This document shows positions 38,013 through 47,172 of a stretch of 64,000 nt of DNA, in pieces. Location: contig CAZTWQ010000003.1 in assembly GCA_964618315.1 (NCBI GenBank), positions 17,215 to 81,214 on the forward strand, in the 5' to 3' direction. Source of the stretch: an uncultured Methanosarcinales archaeon. GTDB taxonomy: Archaea > Nanobdellota > Nanobdellia > Woesearchaeales > JACPBV01. Made by a program: the position numbers and the translations under genes. Each line of letters opens with the position of its first letter. Position 1 is the first letter of the stretch. Under the pieces are notes generated by a model that did not search any database, was not told where the DNA came from, and was given only the letters and a program-made list of their open reading frames with translations.

Positions 38013-38917
38013 TATTTTATCTTTAAATCTTTTATCACATCATTCTCAGGATTCAGATAATCCTGGATAAATACTCTTTGTAATCCTTCTTTCTTCCCAT
38101 AACCAACTGAGACTAAGAGAACTCCATTATATTTATATGGTTTCAACAATTTATGGCAATGTCCAAAAATATGTAAAATCTTAGAATTTGGACTGACTTT
38201 TTTTGCATAATTGAATATAGGAATATACCAACAATTCCTTTTCTCCAATCTCAACTTAGGATCAGAATTTGAATGACTTCTAAAAACAATTTGAGTTACT
38301 CCCCCGCCGCACTTATCTAAAATAGATTTAATTTCTAAAGTATATGCCCTTAATTCGTTATCAGTTCTCTCCTCTATGTAAGGGATATTAATCTCAAGAG
38401 TTTTGCCTATAACTTTAAACTCTATATTGATTAATTTGCGAAACGCATGTGAATTATCCAAAATATCAAACAATGTTTCCCCTTTGGATTTTTTAGGGGG
38501 TAATAACTCATACGCTTTTCTTATCCTTTTTTCTTTATCCCAATCATTCCCCCCAAGATCTAAAATCTGTGGAATTTTCCCACTATTTACATATCCCTCA
38601 ATTAATTTATGCATTCTTCGTGTTGGCTCTAAAACTCCCAACCACTGTTTGATTAATACCTGTTTGTATTTACCCCTCCACTCAATATTTTCAGCTTCCA
38701 CATAATTCTTACCTTGTTCTTTAGCCATTAATTTAGATTTTCTAAGTAGATTTTCACCATTAGTTTCAGAAAAATTTGGATCAACGCTTCTATCTCCAAC
38801 TAACACAAATTCATCAATATGAGGAAAATTCTCAGATATAAACTCCAATACAACATTTGCAGAATTTTCTAAGTGAAAATCACTAGTGTTACATACAAGA
38901 TAACTTTTTTTCATCAT
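38009..38917 (-). CDS. Calcineurin-like metallophosphoesterase
   Basis: Ordered motifs SDFH (DxH), LVGDRS (GD), LGGNDWD (GNxD), RSHS, IFGHCH (GHxH). Confidence 0.7.
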   Translation of the reverse strand: MMKKSYLVCNTSDFHLENSANVVLEFISENFPHIDEFVLVGDRSVDPNFSETNGENLLRKSKLMAKEQGKNYVEAENIEWRGKYKQVLIKQWLGVLEPTRRMHKLIEGYVNSGKIPQILDLGGNDWDKEKRIRKAYELLPPKKSKGETLFDILDNSHAFRKLINIEFKVIGKTLEINIPYIEERTDNELRAYTLEIKSILDKCGGGVTQIVFRSHSNSDPKLRLEKRNCWYIPIFNYAKKVSPNSKILHIFGHCHKLLKPYKYNGVLLVSVGYGKKEGLQRVFIQDYLNPENDVIKDLKIKY

Positions 38918-38942
38918 AACTTTATCAAAATCTATTACACAC

Positions 38943-40352
38943 TTATTTAATTATCCCTTTCCCCTCTAACTTATCAACTAATTTCTGAACAGACTCTTCA
39001 ACAGAATATTTATCAGTATCTAATACTATATCTGGAGATTTAGGCTCTTCATATTTTGAAGAAACACTAATAAAATTCTCAAAACCTTTATGATTATCTC
39101 TTGCTTTCTTATAATGCCCTTTGACATCCCTATTCTCACACACATCCAAAGAACATTTGACATAGACTAAAAAGAACTTTTCCAATATCTTCCGTGCATA
39201 TTCCCTAGATTGATATGTAGGTGAAGCAACAGATGCTATAACCAATTTTCCCCCATTAGAACTTGATTTACACAACTCAGCAACCCTCTTCATATGCTCG
39301 TTCCTTTCACCTAATGTATAGCCTAAATCAGAAGATAGATTCTTTCTTAACTCATCTCCATCCAAAAGAACAAAAGATACATCCCTATCTTTCAATATTT
39401 TACTCAATCTTTCAGAAATCGTAGATTTTCCAGATCCATGTAAACCAGTAAACCACAAAGTCCACCCAGGTCCAACATCAGAAGAGCCCCCGTTGGCCTT
39501 ATTACGTATTTTCTCCAAAATCCCGTCACTTATCTCAATCTCACCTAATGTAGACCTCTCATTATCATGATAATCATTACCCCCACTTTCTAAGATGTTT
39601 TTAGACTTTACAATTCCCCTATAAAACTCTATAAGTTTCGTATTTCCTTCTTTATCCAAATTTAGTTTAGGGCTTATGATATGATAAGGATAATATGTCT
39701 CTATGCCTTGTCCACCATTTTCAATAAAATAATCAATAATCTTAATTGAATTTTCTTTTGGGTATATCCCTGGATGCGCCAATATAGAAATACCGCCCGC
39801 CCCTTTAATAATATCTATAACATCTTTAATTGATACCCTATGATTAGTCTCTAAAAAAGCTTCTTTCCCCCTACCTATTAATTTATCAAAAACCTCCCCG
39901 ACAGATTTAAACTTTTCAGGATATTTTTTTATCAAATATCTTGCAATATGCGGCCTCCCAAATGTTCCTTTGACTGTCTTTTTAACATCTGAATATTCTA
40001 TATCATAACCTAAGCTCTTTAATTTAGAGATTATCCTTTTCTTATTCCCTTCCCTTTTGACATTTATGTGCCTTATTAATTCAACCAATCTATTATTATT
40101 AGAATCGACAAATAATCCTATAACATCTATCTTATCATAATTGAATAAAGGATCGTCACAGCTTAGCTCTACACCAGATATTATCTCTATATTTTTACCC
40201 TTAGAATAATCAATTGCCTTCTTTATTGAACCCAAAGAATCGTGGTCTGTTATAGCAATAGCACTTAGCTTTTTTTCAATAGCAAAATCAACAAGTTCTT
40301 CAGGAGTTAATTCTCCATCTGATGATATAGTGTGATTATGTAAGTCTATCAT
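38943..40352 (-). CDS. cysC: Fusion protein: N-terminal PHP-domain phosphoesterase + C-terminal adenylylsulfate (APS) kinase
   Basis: N-terminus MIDLHNHTISSDGELTPEELVDFA...AITDHDS...GGNDYHD (PHP, COG0613-like). C-terminus GWTLWFTGLHGSGKSTISERL, LLDGDELRKNLSSDLGYTLGERNEHMKRV (CysC blocks). Confidence 0.85.
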   Translation of the reverse strand: MIDLHNHTISSDGELTPEELVDFAIEKKLSAIAITDHDSLGSIKKAIDYSKGKNIEIISGVELSCDDPLFNYDKIDVIGLFVDSNNNRLVELIRHINVKREGNKKRIISKLKSLGYDIEYSDVKKTVKGTFGRPHIARYLIKKYPEKFKSVGEVFDKLIGRGKEAFLETNHRVSIKDVIDIIKGAGGISILAHPGIYPKENSIKIIDYFIENGGQGIETYYPYHIISPKLNLDKEGNTKLIEFYRGIVKSKNILESGGNDYHDNERSTLGEIEISDGILEKIRNKANGGSSDVGPGWTLWFTGLHGSGKSTISERLSKILKDRDVSFVLLDGDELRKNLSSDLGYTLGERNEHMKRVAELCKSSSNGGKLVIASVASPTYQSREYARKILEKFFLVYVKCSLDVCENRDVKGHYKKARDNHKGFENFISVSSKYEEPKSPDIVLDTDKYSVEESVQKLVDKLEGKGIIK

Positions 40353-40370
40353 TTAAATTCCCATCATTTC

Positions 40371-40994
40371 CTAATCATTCAATATGTCTATAAGCAGCAG
40401 CACAAGCTTATCAAATCTTTCTTTCCCTATTTTTACTTTTTGAACTGGAGTCATCTTCACAAACTCCCCCCCAGTAGAATCCTTAATCACTTCTTTTCTT
40501 CCAAAAGAACTATCAACAGTACTTGGCTGCCCAATATTTCCCCTAAAAGGATATATTTTGATATGTAAATGCTCTTTTTTTTCTTTCCATGTCGTGCATT
40601 TTCCATATGTGCCTATAGAAATCGCCATCCCCCTATCTTCAGATATAGCCTTTAATTCTTGGTCCTGTATCATCACTACAGTCATTGCCCTACATATATT
40701 AGAAAATATTACACCATAATTTTCAGCTAATTTAGGATAAAAACTTATTTGAGAAAAATGAGTAAGGTGAGAAAAAGGCATCAACTGTATTGTAAAATCT
40801 AACTTGAGGTCTCCCCCAGTTTTTGGAGATAAAGTAGCAAACCACCCATCTTTTAAATTTCCTACCTTGCATATCACTGCACCATATCCAGTCTTTTCAC
40901 CAATACTGTATTTGACTTCTTTACACAGATTACATCCATCAACAAGAGTAACATCTTCATTAAATAATTTATCAGCTTCTTCAGATTTATACAT
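40371..40994 (-). CDS. HIT-superfamily-like protein with variant HxHxK motif
   Basis: CNLCKEV near the N-terminus, LSPKTGG...IQLMPFSHL, and EHLHIKIYPF in the position of the histidine triad. ATG 40994 is preceded by GGGGAT. Confidence 0.5.
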   Translation of the reverse strand: MYKSEEADKLFNEDVTLVDGCNLCKEVKYSIGEKTGYGAVICKVGNLKDGWFATLSPKTGGDLKLDFTIQLMPFSHLTHFSQISFYPKLAENYGVIFSNICRAMTVVMIQDQELKAISEDRGMAISIGTYGKCTTWKEKKEHLHIKIYPFRGNIGQPSTVDSSFGRKEVIKDSTGGEFVKMTPVQKVKIGKERFDKLVLLLIDILND

Positions 40995-40995
40995 T

Positions 40996-42084
40996 TTAAT
41001 CCCCAATTACCCTGATATACTCATCATTCTTCCTCTCACTCAGGTAAGCATCAAAATATCCTACAACCACCCTATAATATTTCCCCCCTTTAATAGGGGT
41101 CACTTCTTCAACCACCCCACTTACCTCAACTGTCTCCCCTTCATAAGCAAGCATACAATAATCCCTAGAATAAAAAGCAATTTTATCTATAAGCAAATCT
41201 TTGCAGGAATCATCTCCAGAAATGAATTTTGAGTTAGAAATTGTATAACAACCAGGCCTCACAACCGAACTTTTATTATCTTTAACCAGCCCTTCAAATT
41301 TAGCTATCCCTAATTTCCTATACTTCTCTTCACCCCACTTAAACCAAGTTTCATCTTCATTCTCAACAGCAAATATTACAAACAAAGTTCCTTTAAAGAA
41401 ACCTTCAGATTTTTTCCTATACATATTCTCAATATATATCTCTTTCTTATGTATAACATGTCTATTTCTTTTCTTATAGAAAGCTTCCCATTCTTCATAA
41501 GTCTTCCATCTTAAATCTGGATGATCATTCTTTTTTAAAAACTCCATCAATTCCCAGAAGTTTTCCTTACCATATACAACTATATTTACATCAGATATAT
41601 TAGGAGAGTAATGCCCCATAAGGGTAGAATAGGTAATACCAAAATCCTTTAATTCTAGGCCGCTCTTAAGAATAAATGAAACAAACTGGGCAACTGTCTT
41701 AAGATGCTCATCCAAATCTCTCTCAGGCATACTCATAAGGTCAGCAAGTCCTTCTTTAGGAGAATAAATCCTTTCTATATTATTCTTTGAAACAATAAAG
41801 AACAATGGACTTTCTTCATGTATTGGGCTCTTGAATATATATTCAGAATAAGCTCCAGTAAATGTTTGAATATATTGTTTAAGCTCATCTTTATCTATCC
41901 AAAGATTAAGTCTGTTCATCTTCTTTCCAGAAATAAACCTGTAGGGTAAAAAATCACATGAAATCTTATCAGTAGGTATATACTTAGGCTTGACTAAAAT
42001 CCCTTCTTCAGGATGTTCATTCCCATATACTTGGCAATGAATTCCGTCAACGGTTGTTATTATTGTAGATTCGTAGAAATGCAT
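40996..42084 (-). CDS. Pol-beta-superfamily nucleotidyltransferase, COG1665-like, paralog B (degenerate DxN)
   Basis: FGITYSTLMGHYSPNISDVNIVVYG (second Asp replaced by Asn). N-terminus HFYESTIITTVDGIHCQVYGNEHP...KPKYIP and C-terminus YYRVVVGYFDAYLS are shared with paralog A. Confidence 0.6.
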   Translation of the reverse strand: MHFYESTIITTVDGIHCQVYGNEHPEEGILVKPKYIPTDKISCDFLPYRFISGKKMNRLNLWIDKDELKQYIQTFTGAYSEYIFKSPIHEESPLFFIVSKNNIERIYSPKEGLADLMSMPERDLDEHLKTVAQFVSFILKSGLELKDFGITYSTLMGHYSPNISDVNIVVYGKENFWELMEFLKKNDHPDLRWKTYEEWEAFYKKRNRHVIHKKEIYIENMYRKKSEGFFKGTLFVIFAVENEDETWFKWGEEKYRKLGIAKFEGLVKDNKSSVVRPGCYTISNSKFISGDDSCKDLLIDKIAFYSRDYCMLAYEGETVEVSGVVEEVTPIKGGKYYRVVVGYFDAYLSERKNDEYIRVIGD

Positions 42085-42086
42085 TT

Positions 42087-43187
42087 TTACAATCCAGATT
42101 TAATAAACTCAGCCTCCCTCCTATCACTAACATAAGCATCGAAATAACCGATTACAACCCTATAATATCTATCACCAATTGTGGGAGTCACCAATTCAAG
42201 CAACCCGCATGCAGTTATCTCTTCCCCGGTCAAAGCTTGCTGCACAAATGGGATTGAATATGTAACTACCCTCTTAATCCCTAAAGAACCATCAACATCC
42301 ATATCTTTTCCATGATTATCTGTTATTTTACCATCTATAATCTCATAATATCCTGGCCTTACATGACTATTATAATGATCTATAACTTTCCCTTTCACTG
42401 TAACAAGTCCCATAGGCTCATACTTCTCTTCTCCCCACTTAAACCAAGTCTCTTCTGGTTCTTCAACAGTAAACAATGTAAAAACTGTATCCCCAAACAT
42501 GCCCTCATACTTCTTTCTTTTCATATGCTTAACATATTCTTCCTCAGTAAAATGAGATGATTCTGAAGTCTTATGCTCTTTATAATATTCTGCCCATTCT
42601 TCATCAGTTTTCCATTTTAACAAAGAATGCTTTGCATCCTTCAAATAATCAAGTACTCTCCACCCATTATCTTTGCCATATACTATTAAATCTATATCAG
42701 ATCTACCTGGAGTATAATTTCCAAGTAGAGTAGAATGAGTTATCCCTAAATCAGTAGACTTAACTCCACTATTTGTCAATAATTCAACCAATTCAACAAC
42801 AAGAGTAAGATACTTATCTAGGTCATTTTTAGGCACTTTCAAAAGCTCTTGAAGCCCTTTTCTACTATCATGTACTTTTTTTATCTTGCTTTTAGGAACA
42901 ACAAAGAACCAGTTATCATGAAATTTAGAATCATGTATATAATCAGGAAATTTTTGTCTAAACTGCTTTAGATATTCATTAACATTATCCTTTTTTGCAA
43001 AAAGATTGAATCTTACAAAACATTTTTCAAAAAGAAACCGATACTTCAGACCTTCTCCTTTTATCGCATCCTGAGGAATATACTTAGGTTTTACTATCAC
43101 ATATCCTTCAGGATGTTCATTTGCATAAGATTTACACTGAAATCCATCTACAGTATCTATCAATATCGATTCATAAAAATGCGCCAA
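42087..43187 (-). CDS. Pol-beta-superfamily nucleotidyltransferase, COG1665-like, paralog A (canonical DxD)
   Basis: LGITHSTLLGNYTPGRSDIDLIVYG. TTG 43187 with AGGTGAT SD 5 nt upstream gives an N-terminus (M)AHFYES parallel to paralog B. The track start is GTG 43196. Confidence 0.6.
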   Translation of the reverse strand: MAHFYESILIDTVDGFQCKSYANEHPEGYVIVKPKYIPQDAIKGEGLKYRFLFEKCFVRFNLFAKKDNVNEYLKQFRQKFPDYIHDSKFHDNWFFVVPKSKIKKVHDSRKGLQELLKVPKNDLDKYLTLVVELVELLTNSGVKSTDLGITHSTLLGNYTPGRSDIDLIVYGKDNGWRVLDYLKDAKHSLLKWKTDEEWAEYYKEHKTSESSHFTEEEYVKHMKRKKYEGMFGDTVFTLFTVEEPEETWFKWGEEKYEPMGLVTVKGKVIDHYNSHVRPGYYEIIDGKITDNHGKDMDVDGSLGIKRVVTYSIPFVQQALTGEEITACGLLELVTPTIGDRYYRVVIGYFDAYVSDRREAEFIKSGL

Positions 43188-43378
43188 ATATATCACCTAA
43201 TGCCCTTACAATCAATATTTTGGAGTAATTGTCGATATATAAATGTTATTAATTCATAATACATAATAGTTAATTTAAAGCATAAATTACAGTTTACTAT
43301 AAGGTTATTACTTAAAGTAACTAAAAAATAAGTAAAAAACAAATCATTTATAAATATAATTTACTTTTTTAATATTAA

Positions 43379-44809
43379 ATGTCATCAGCAAAAAAGATTG
43401 CAAAAAACACGGGTTTTTTGTTTTCAAAGGATATAATCGACAAAGTAATGTCATTTATCCTAGTTATAATAATAACAAGGTACTTAGGTAGTGCTGGGTT
43501 TGGAAAATATTCTTTTGCTTTTGCCTTTATCGGTCTGTTTATCATGTTCTCGCATTTTGGACTTACTACATATATGTTTAGAGAGATTGCAAAAGACAAA
43601 ACCCGAGCCAAAAAACTTGCAGACAATATTTTTACGCTAAAACTTTTCCTTCTGATTAGTGTTTATATTATCCTAGCGATAATCGCATGGAACTTTCCAA
43701 AAACCAAAGAAATCATGCTATTAATATTCCTTGTAATGGTACATGAATTCTTTGCAGTACTCAATACATTGATGGGCACAATATTCAAAGCGTATGAAAG
43801 AAATGAATTTGGCATATATTCTACAATCATTGATAAAAGCCTAGCATTACTTCTGGGGTCATATGCCCTCATAAGTGGTTATGGCATACATACACTAGTC
43901 ATAGCATTAATATTAGCAAAATTGAGTTCATTTGTATTCCGTTTCTGGATTATTTACAAAAAATTCATTAAAATCTCCATTGAAATTGATGTAAAATTCT
44001 GGAAAATCCTGATTAAAAACTCCATCCCATTCTGGCTAACAATGGTATTCCAAAGAATATATTACCGCATTGACACAGTAATGCTTACAAGTATGAAGGG
44101 TTATGTAGTAACCGGCTGGTATAATGCAGCCTCCACACTGATTGGAGCCCTCACATTTATCCCCACTGTAATCATGAGCGCAAGCTTCCCTGCATTATCC
44201 AGATTCTATCACATAAACGCAAAAGACCTATCCAAATTATTATACAAAAAAACGTTCTATTATCTTCTTTCAATTGGAATACCGATAAGTATTGGAATAA
44301 GCCTGTTATCACAACGCATAATCCTATTAATCTACAAAGAGAACTTTATTGGGTCCAGCATAGCACTCCAAATTTTATCATGGTCACTATTCCTTGTTTT
44401 TATAAACCAAGTAATGGGCTTCTTCCTAAACTCCATAAACAAACAGCATTTATTTACTTTATCTGCAGGTATCTGTGCATTATCAAATATAATCCTAAAC
44501 TTTATTCTAATCCCCAAATTAAGTTATATAGGTGCAGCAACAGCAACAGTAATAACTCAGTTTATTAACTTCTGCCTATTGTATTATTTCACAAGAAAAC
44601 ATGGATATCCATTAAATTTGATAAAAATAAGTTACAAACCAATAATTGCAGGTATACTCATGGGTGTTTTGATACCATATATCAAATTCTTACATGCAAT
44701 ATACATAATACCTATTGCTGCTGTTGCTTATTTTATCGCACTAATCTCAATAGGGGGCATAGGAAAAGAAGAGATTAAATTGATAAAATCATTCTTACCC
44801 AAATCTTAA
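43379..44809 (+). CDS. MOP-superfamily polysaccharide flippase (Wzx-like)
   Basis: 476 aa, 12-14 TM helices. N-terminus IAKNTGFLFSKDIIDKVMSFILVIIITRYLGSAGFGKYSFAF is typical of polysaccharide biosynthesis (Wzx) proteins. Confidence 0.8.
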   Translation: MSSAKKIAKNTGFLFSKDIIDKVMSFILVIIITRYLGSAGFGKYSFAFAFIGLFIMFSHFGLTTYMFREIAKDKTRAKKLADNIFTLKLFLLISVYIILAIIAWNFPKTKEIMLLIFLVMVHEFFAVLNTLMGTIFKAYERNEFGIYSTIIDKSLALLLGSYALISGYGIHTLVIALILAKLSSFVFRFWIIYKKFIKISIEIDVKFWKILIKNSIPFWLTMVFQRIYYRIDTVMLTSMKGYVVTGWYNAASTLIGALTFIPTVIMSASFPALSRFYHINAKDLSKLLYKKTFYYLLSIGIPISIGISLLSQRIILLIYKENFIGSSIALQILSWSLFLVFINQVMGFFLNSINKQHLFTLSAGICALSNIILNFILIPKLSYIGAATATVITQFINFCLLYYFTRKHGYPLNLIKISYKPIIAGILMGVLIPYIKFLHAIYIIPIAAVAYFIALISIGGIGKEEIKLIKSFLPKS

Positions 44810-44872
44810 ATATCTACATCAGAAAACTTAACCACAACCTTAATATATTCTCCTTTTTTACTATTAATTGAG

Positions 44873-46372
44873 ATGAGAGTATGTTTAATTAATCCTGGAA
44901 GAACCTATTATGAAAAATCTTCTTCTGTATCTAATGTGGATATAGGCTTGCCTTTAGGGATAATGTATCTTGCCTCATTTCTAGAAAAAAAAAACCACGA
45001 TGTCAAGATAATAGACTCATTAGTAATGGATGAAGCTGTTCTAGAAACAATAGACAACTCTAGAAGAAGATACGGCGCTCCATTAAAAATTATTAAATCA
45101 GAAGTTGAGAAATTCAAGCCAAATATTATAGGTGTTTCGAATCTTTTTAGTTCCCAGATAATTGATGCTGTAGAAACCACCAAAGCTATGAGGGAAATAT
45201 ATCCTACTATCCCACTTGTGATTGGGGGACCCCACGTAACTGTAAAAGGAAAAGAGTTTATGAAAAAAAATAAGCATATTGATTTTGCCCTACTAGGTGA
45301 AGCAGAAAACTCTTTTTCAGATTTATTATATCATATAGATGGCAAAAAGAATATAACAGATATTGATGGAATCATCTATAGAAAAAATGATAATATAATT
45401 GAAAACAAAAAATTAAGATTTATAAAAAATCTAGATGACTTGCCATTTCCAGCCTACCATTTAGTAGATATGGAAAAATATTTATCTTTATCTGAAAAAG
45501 GAATATACTCTAGGTCTATAGATGAAGAAAGAAGCATTTCAATAATTACCAGCAGGGGTTGCCCTTATAACTGTATATTTTGTTCTATCCACTGCCATAT
45601 GGGCAAGGAATGGAGACCCCACTCTGCACAATATGTTATAGACCACATAAAACATGTAGTTAACAAATACAAAATTAAACATATCCATTTTGAGGACGAC
45701 AATCTTACTTTAGACCTAAAAAGGTGCGGAAAAATTTTGGACGGCATTATTGAAAATAACCTTAATATCAAGTGGGATACCCCTAATGGCGTTAGAGCAG
45801 ATCGATTTAATGAAGAAATCGCTTTGAAGATGAAAAAATCAGGATGCACCAAACTTACAATGGGTGTAGAATCAGGAGATCAGTCAGTACTGGACAATAT
45901 AATTCAAAAAAATCTTAAACTAGAAAACGCCATTAAGATGGCAAGGATATGTAAGAAATTTAATATACCATTAAGTGCATTTTATGTTATTGGATTTCCT
46001 GGAGAGAGAAAAGAGAATATAGAAAAAACAATTAAATTTGCCCTAATGCTCCAAAGAAAATATAATGTGATGCAAGGTGGAGCTTTCTACGCAACCCCAC
46101 TTTATGGTACAAGACTTTACAATATATGCAAAGAAAACTCATATCTTACTAAAGAGATAACCCCCCAAGCATTATCCGAAGCTACTGCAGCATATGGTAC
46201 AAGTTTAATAAAAACAGAAGACTTCTCCCCTGAATATCTAAAAAAAGCAAATCAAAGATTGATAAGAGCTAATTACCTCAACTACTTATATCACCCTACA
46301 AAAGCAATAAAGTTTCTGTTCAAAAACCCTAAAATTATATTCAGTGTATTAAACAGGTTTTTAGGAAGATGA
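44873..46372 (+). CDS. Radical SAM protein with B12-binding-type N-domain
   Basis: SRGCPYNCIFC, VIGGPHVTVKG, GVESGDQSVL, IGFPGERKE. Confidence 0.9.
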   Translation: MRVCLINPGRTYYEKSSSVSNVDIGLPLGIMYLASFLEKKNHDVKIIDSLVMDEAVLETIDNSRRRYGAPLKIIKSEVEKFKPNIIGVSNLFSSQIIDAVETTKAMREIYPTIPLVIGGPHVTVKGKEFMKKNKHIDFALLGEAENSFSDLLYHIDGKKNITDIDGIIYRKNDNIIENKKLRFIKNLDDLPFPAYHLVDMEKYLSLSEKGIYSRSIDEERSISIITSRGCPYNCIFCSIHCHMGKEWRPHSAQYVIDHIKHVVNKYKIKHIHFEDDNLTLDLKRCGKILDGIIENNLNIKWDTPNGVRADRFNEEIALKMKKSGCTKLTMGVESGDQSVLDNIIQKNLKLENAIKMARICKKFNIPLSAFYVIGFPGERKENIEKTIKFALMLQRKYNVMQGGAFYATPLYGTRLYNICKENSYLTKEITPQALSEATAAYGTSLIKTEDFSPEYLKKANQRLIRANYLNYLYHPTKAIKFLFKNPKIIFSVLNRFLGR

Positions 46373-46440
46373 CTTCAGATACATAAATTATTTAAATGGT
46401 CCAAAAAACTCATTTAATCACATAAAATCAGAAAAATAAA

Positions 46441-47172
46441 ATGGTATCATCAATAAAACAACTCAATAAACTTCTTGCTGAAAAGAACAAACCAATATTA
46501 TCCAGAACATTCAGATATCTCTCAATATTTTTAGCCAAACCCCTACTTTATACACCAATTACAGCAAACCAAGTTAGTTTTGTAAATCTTTTCCTACCAC
46601 TTATATCTGCTTTTTTATTTACATTTAACAATTATACATATTCAGTAATAGCAAGTCTAATCTTATTCTTTTCAGTAATTCTCGACTTTGTTGATGGTGA
46701 TATTGCAAAATACAAAAAACAAAAGTCATTATATGGTGTATACCTCGAATGCCTATACCATGAAATAGCTATGCCCTTTGTTTTTTTAGGGCTAGGTATT
46801 AACGCATACAATCACTATAACAACAACCTGTTTATTTATTTGGGTGTTTTTGTTATCTTAATGGTCTTCATAATGAATATAGTAAGACTAAATAAATACA
46901 AGATTATCCTACAATCAAAGAAAGGATTAGATAAAGAATTCTCCCCTGCATTAGCAATGAAAAAGAACAAAACACATTTACAAAAAATAGTATTCTTCAT
47001 CATAGGCATATTCACCAAAATCACTATGTTTTGGCTTGTGATGCTCTTATTTTCCGTATTTAACTTACTGCATTATGCAATAAGCCTTTACGCTATTTTT
47101 TACCTGATTATTGGTACTTCTAAAATATTTATTGAACTAAGAACAGGTTTTAAGGAATTTGAGAATGGCTAA
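46441..47172 (+). CDS. CDP-alcohol-phosphotransferase-like membrane protein, divergent motif
   Basis: DFVDGDIAKYKKQKSLYGVYLECLYH: DxxDGxxA retained, but R is replaced by K and the last two Asp by E and H. 6-7 TM helices. Confidence 0.6.
   Translation: MVSSIKQLNKLLAEKNKPILSRTFRYLSIFLAKPLLYTPITANQVSFVNLFLPLISAFLFTFNNYTYSVIASLILFFSVILDFVDGDIAKYKKQKSLYGVYLECLYHEIAMPFVFLGLGINAYNHYNNNLFIYLGVFVILMVFIMNIVRLNKYKIILQSKKGLDKEFSPALAMKKNKTHLQKIVFFIIGIFTKITMFWLVMLLFSVFNLLHYAISLYAIFYLIIGTSKIFIELRTGFKEFENG

Noticed and set aside
43197-43378. 13-nt palindrome TTACTTAAAGTAA and other short AT palindromes in the divergent promoter region between the NTase operon and wzx
   Set aside because: They are short, AT-only and expected by chance at this base composition. 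They are not repeated elsewhere in the window.
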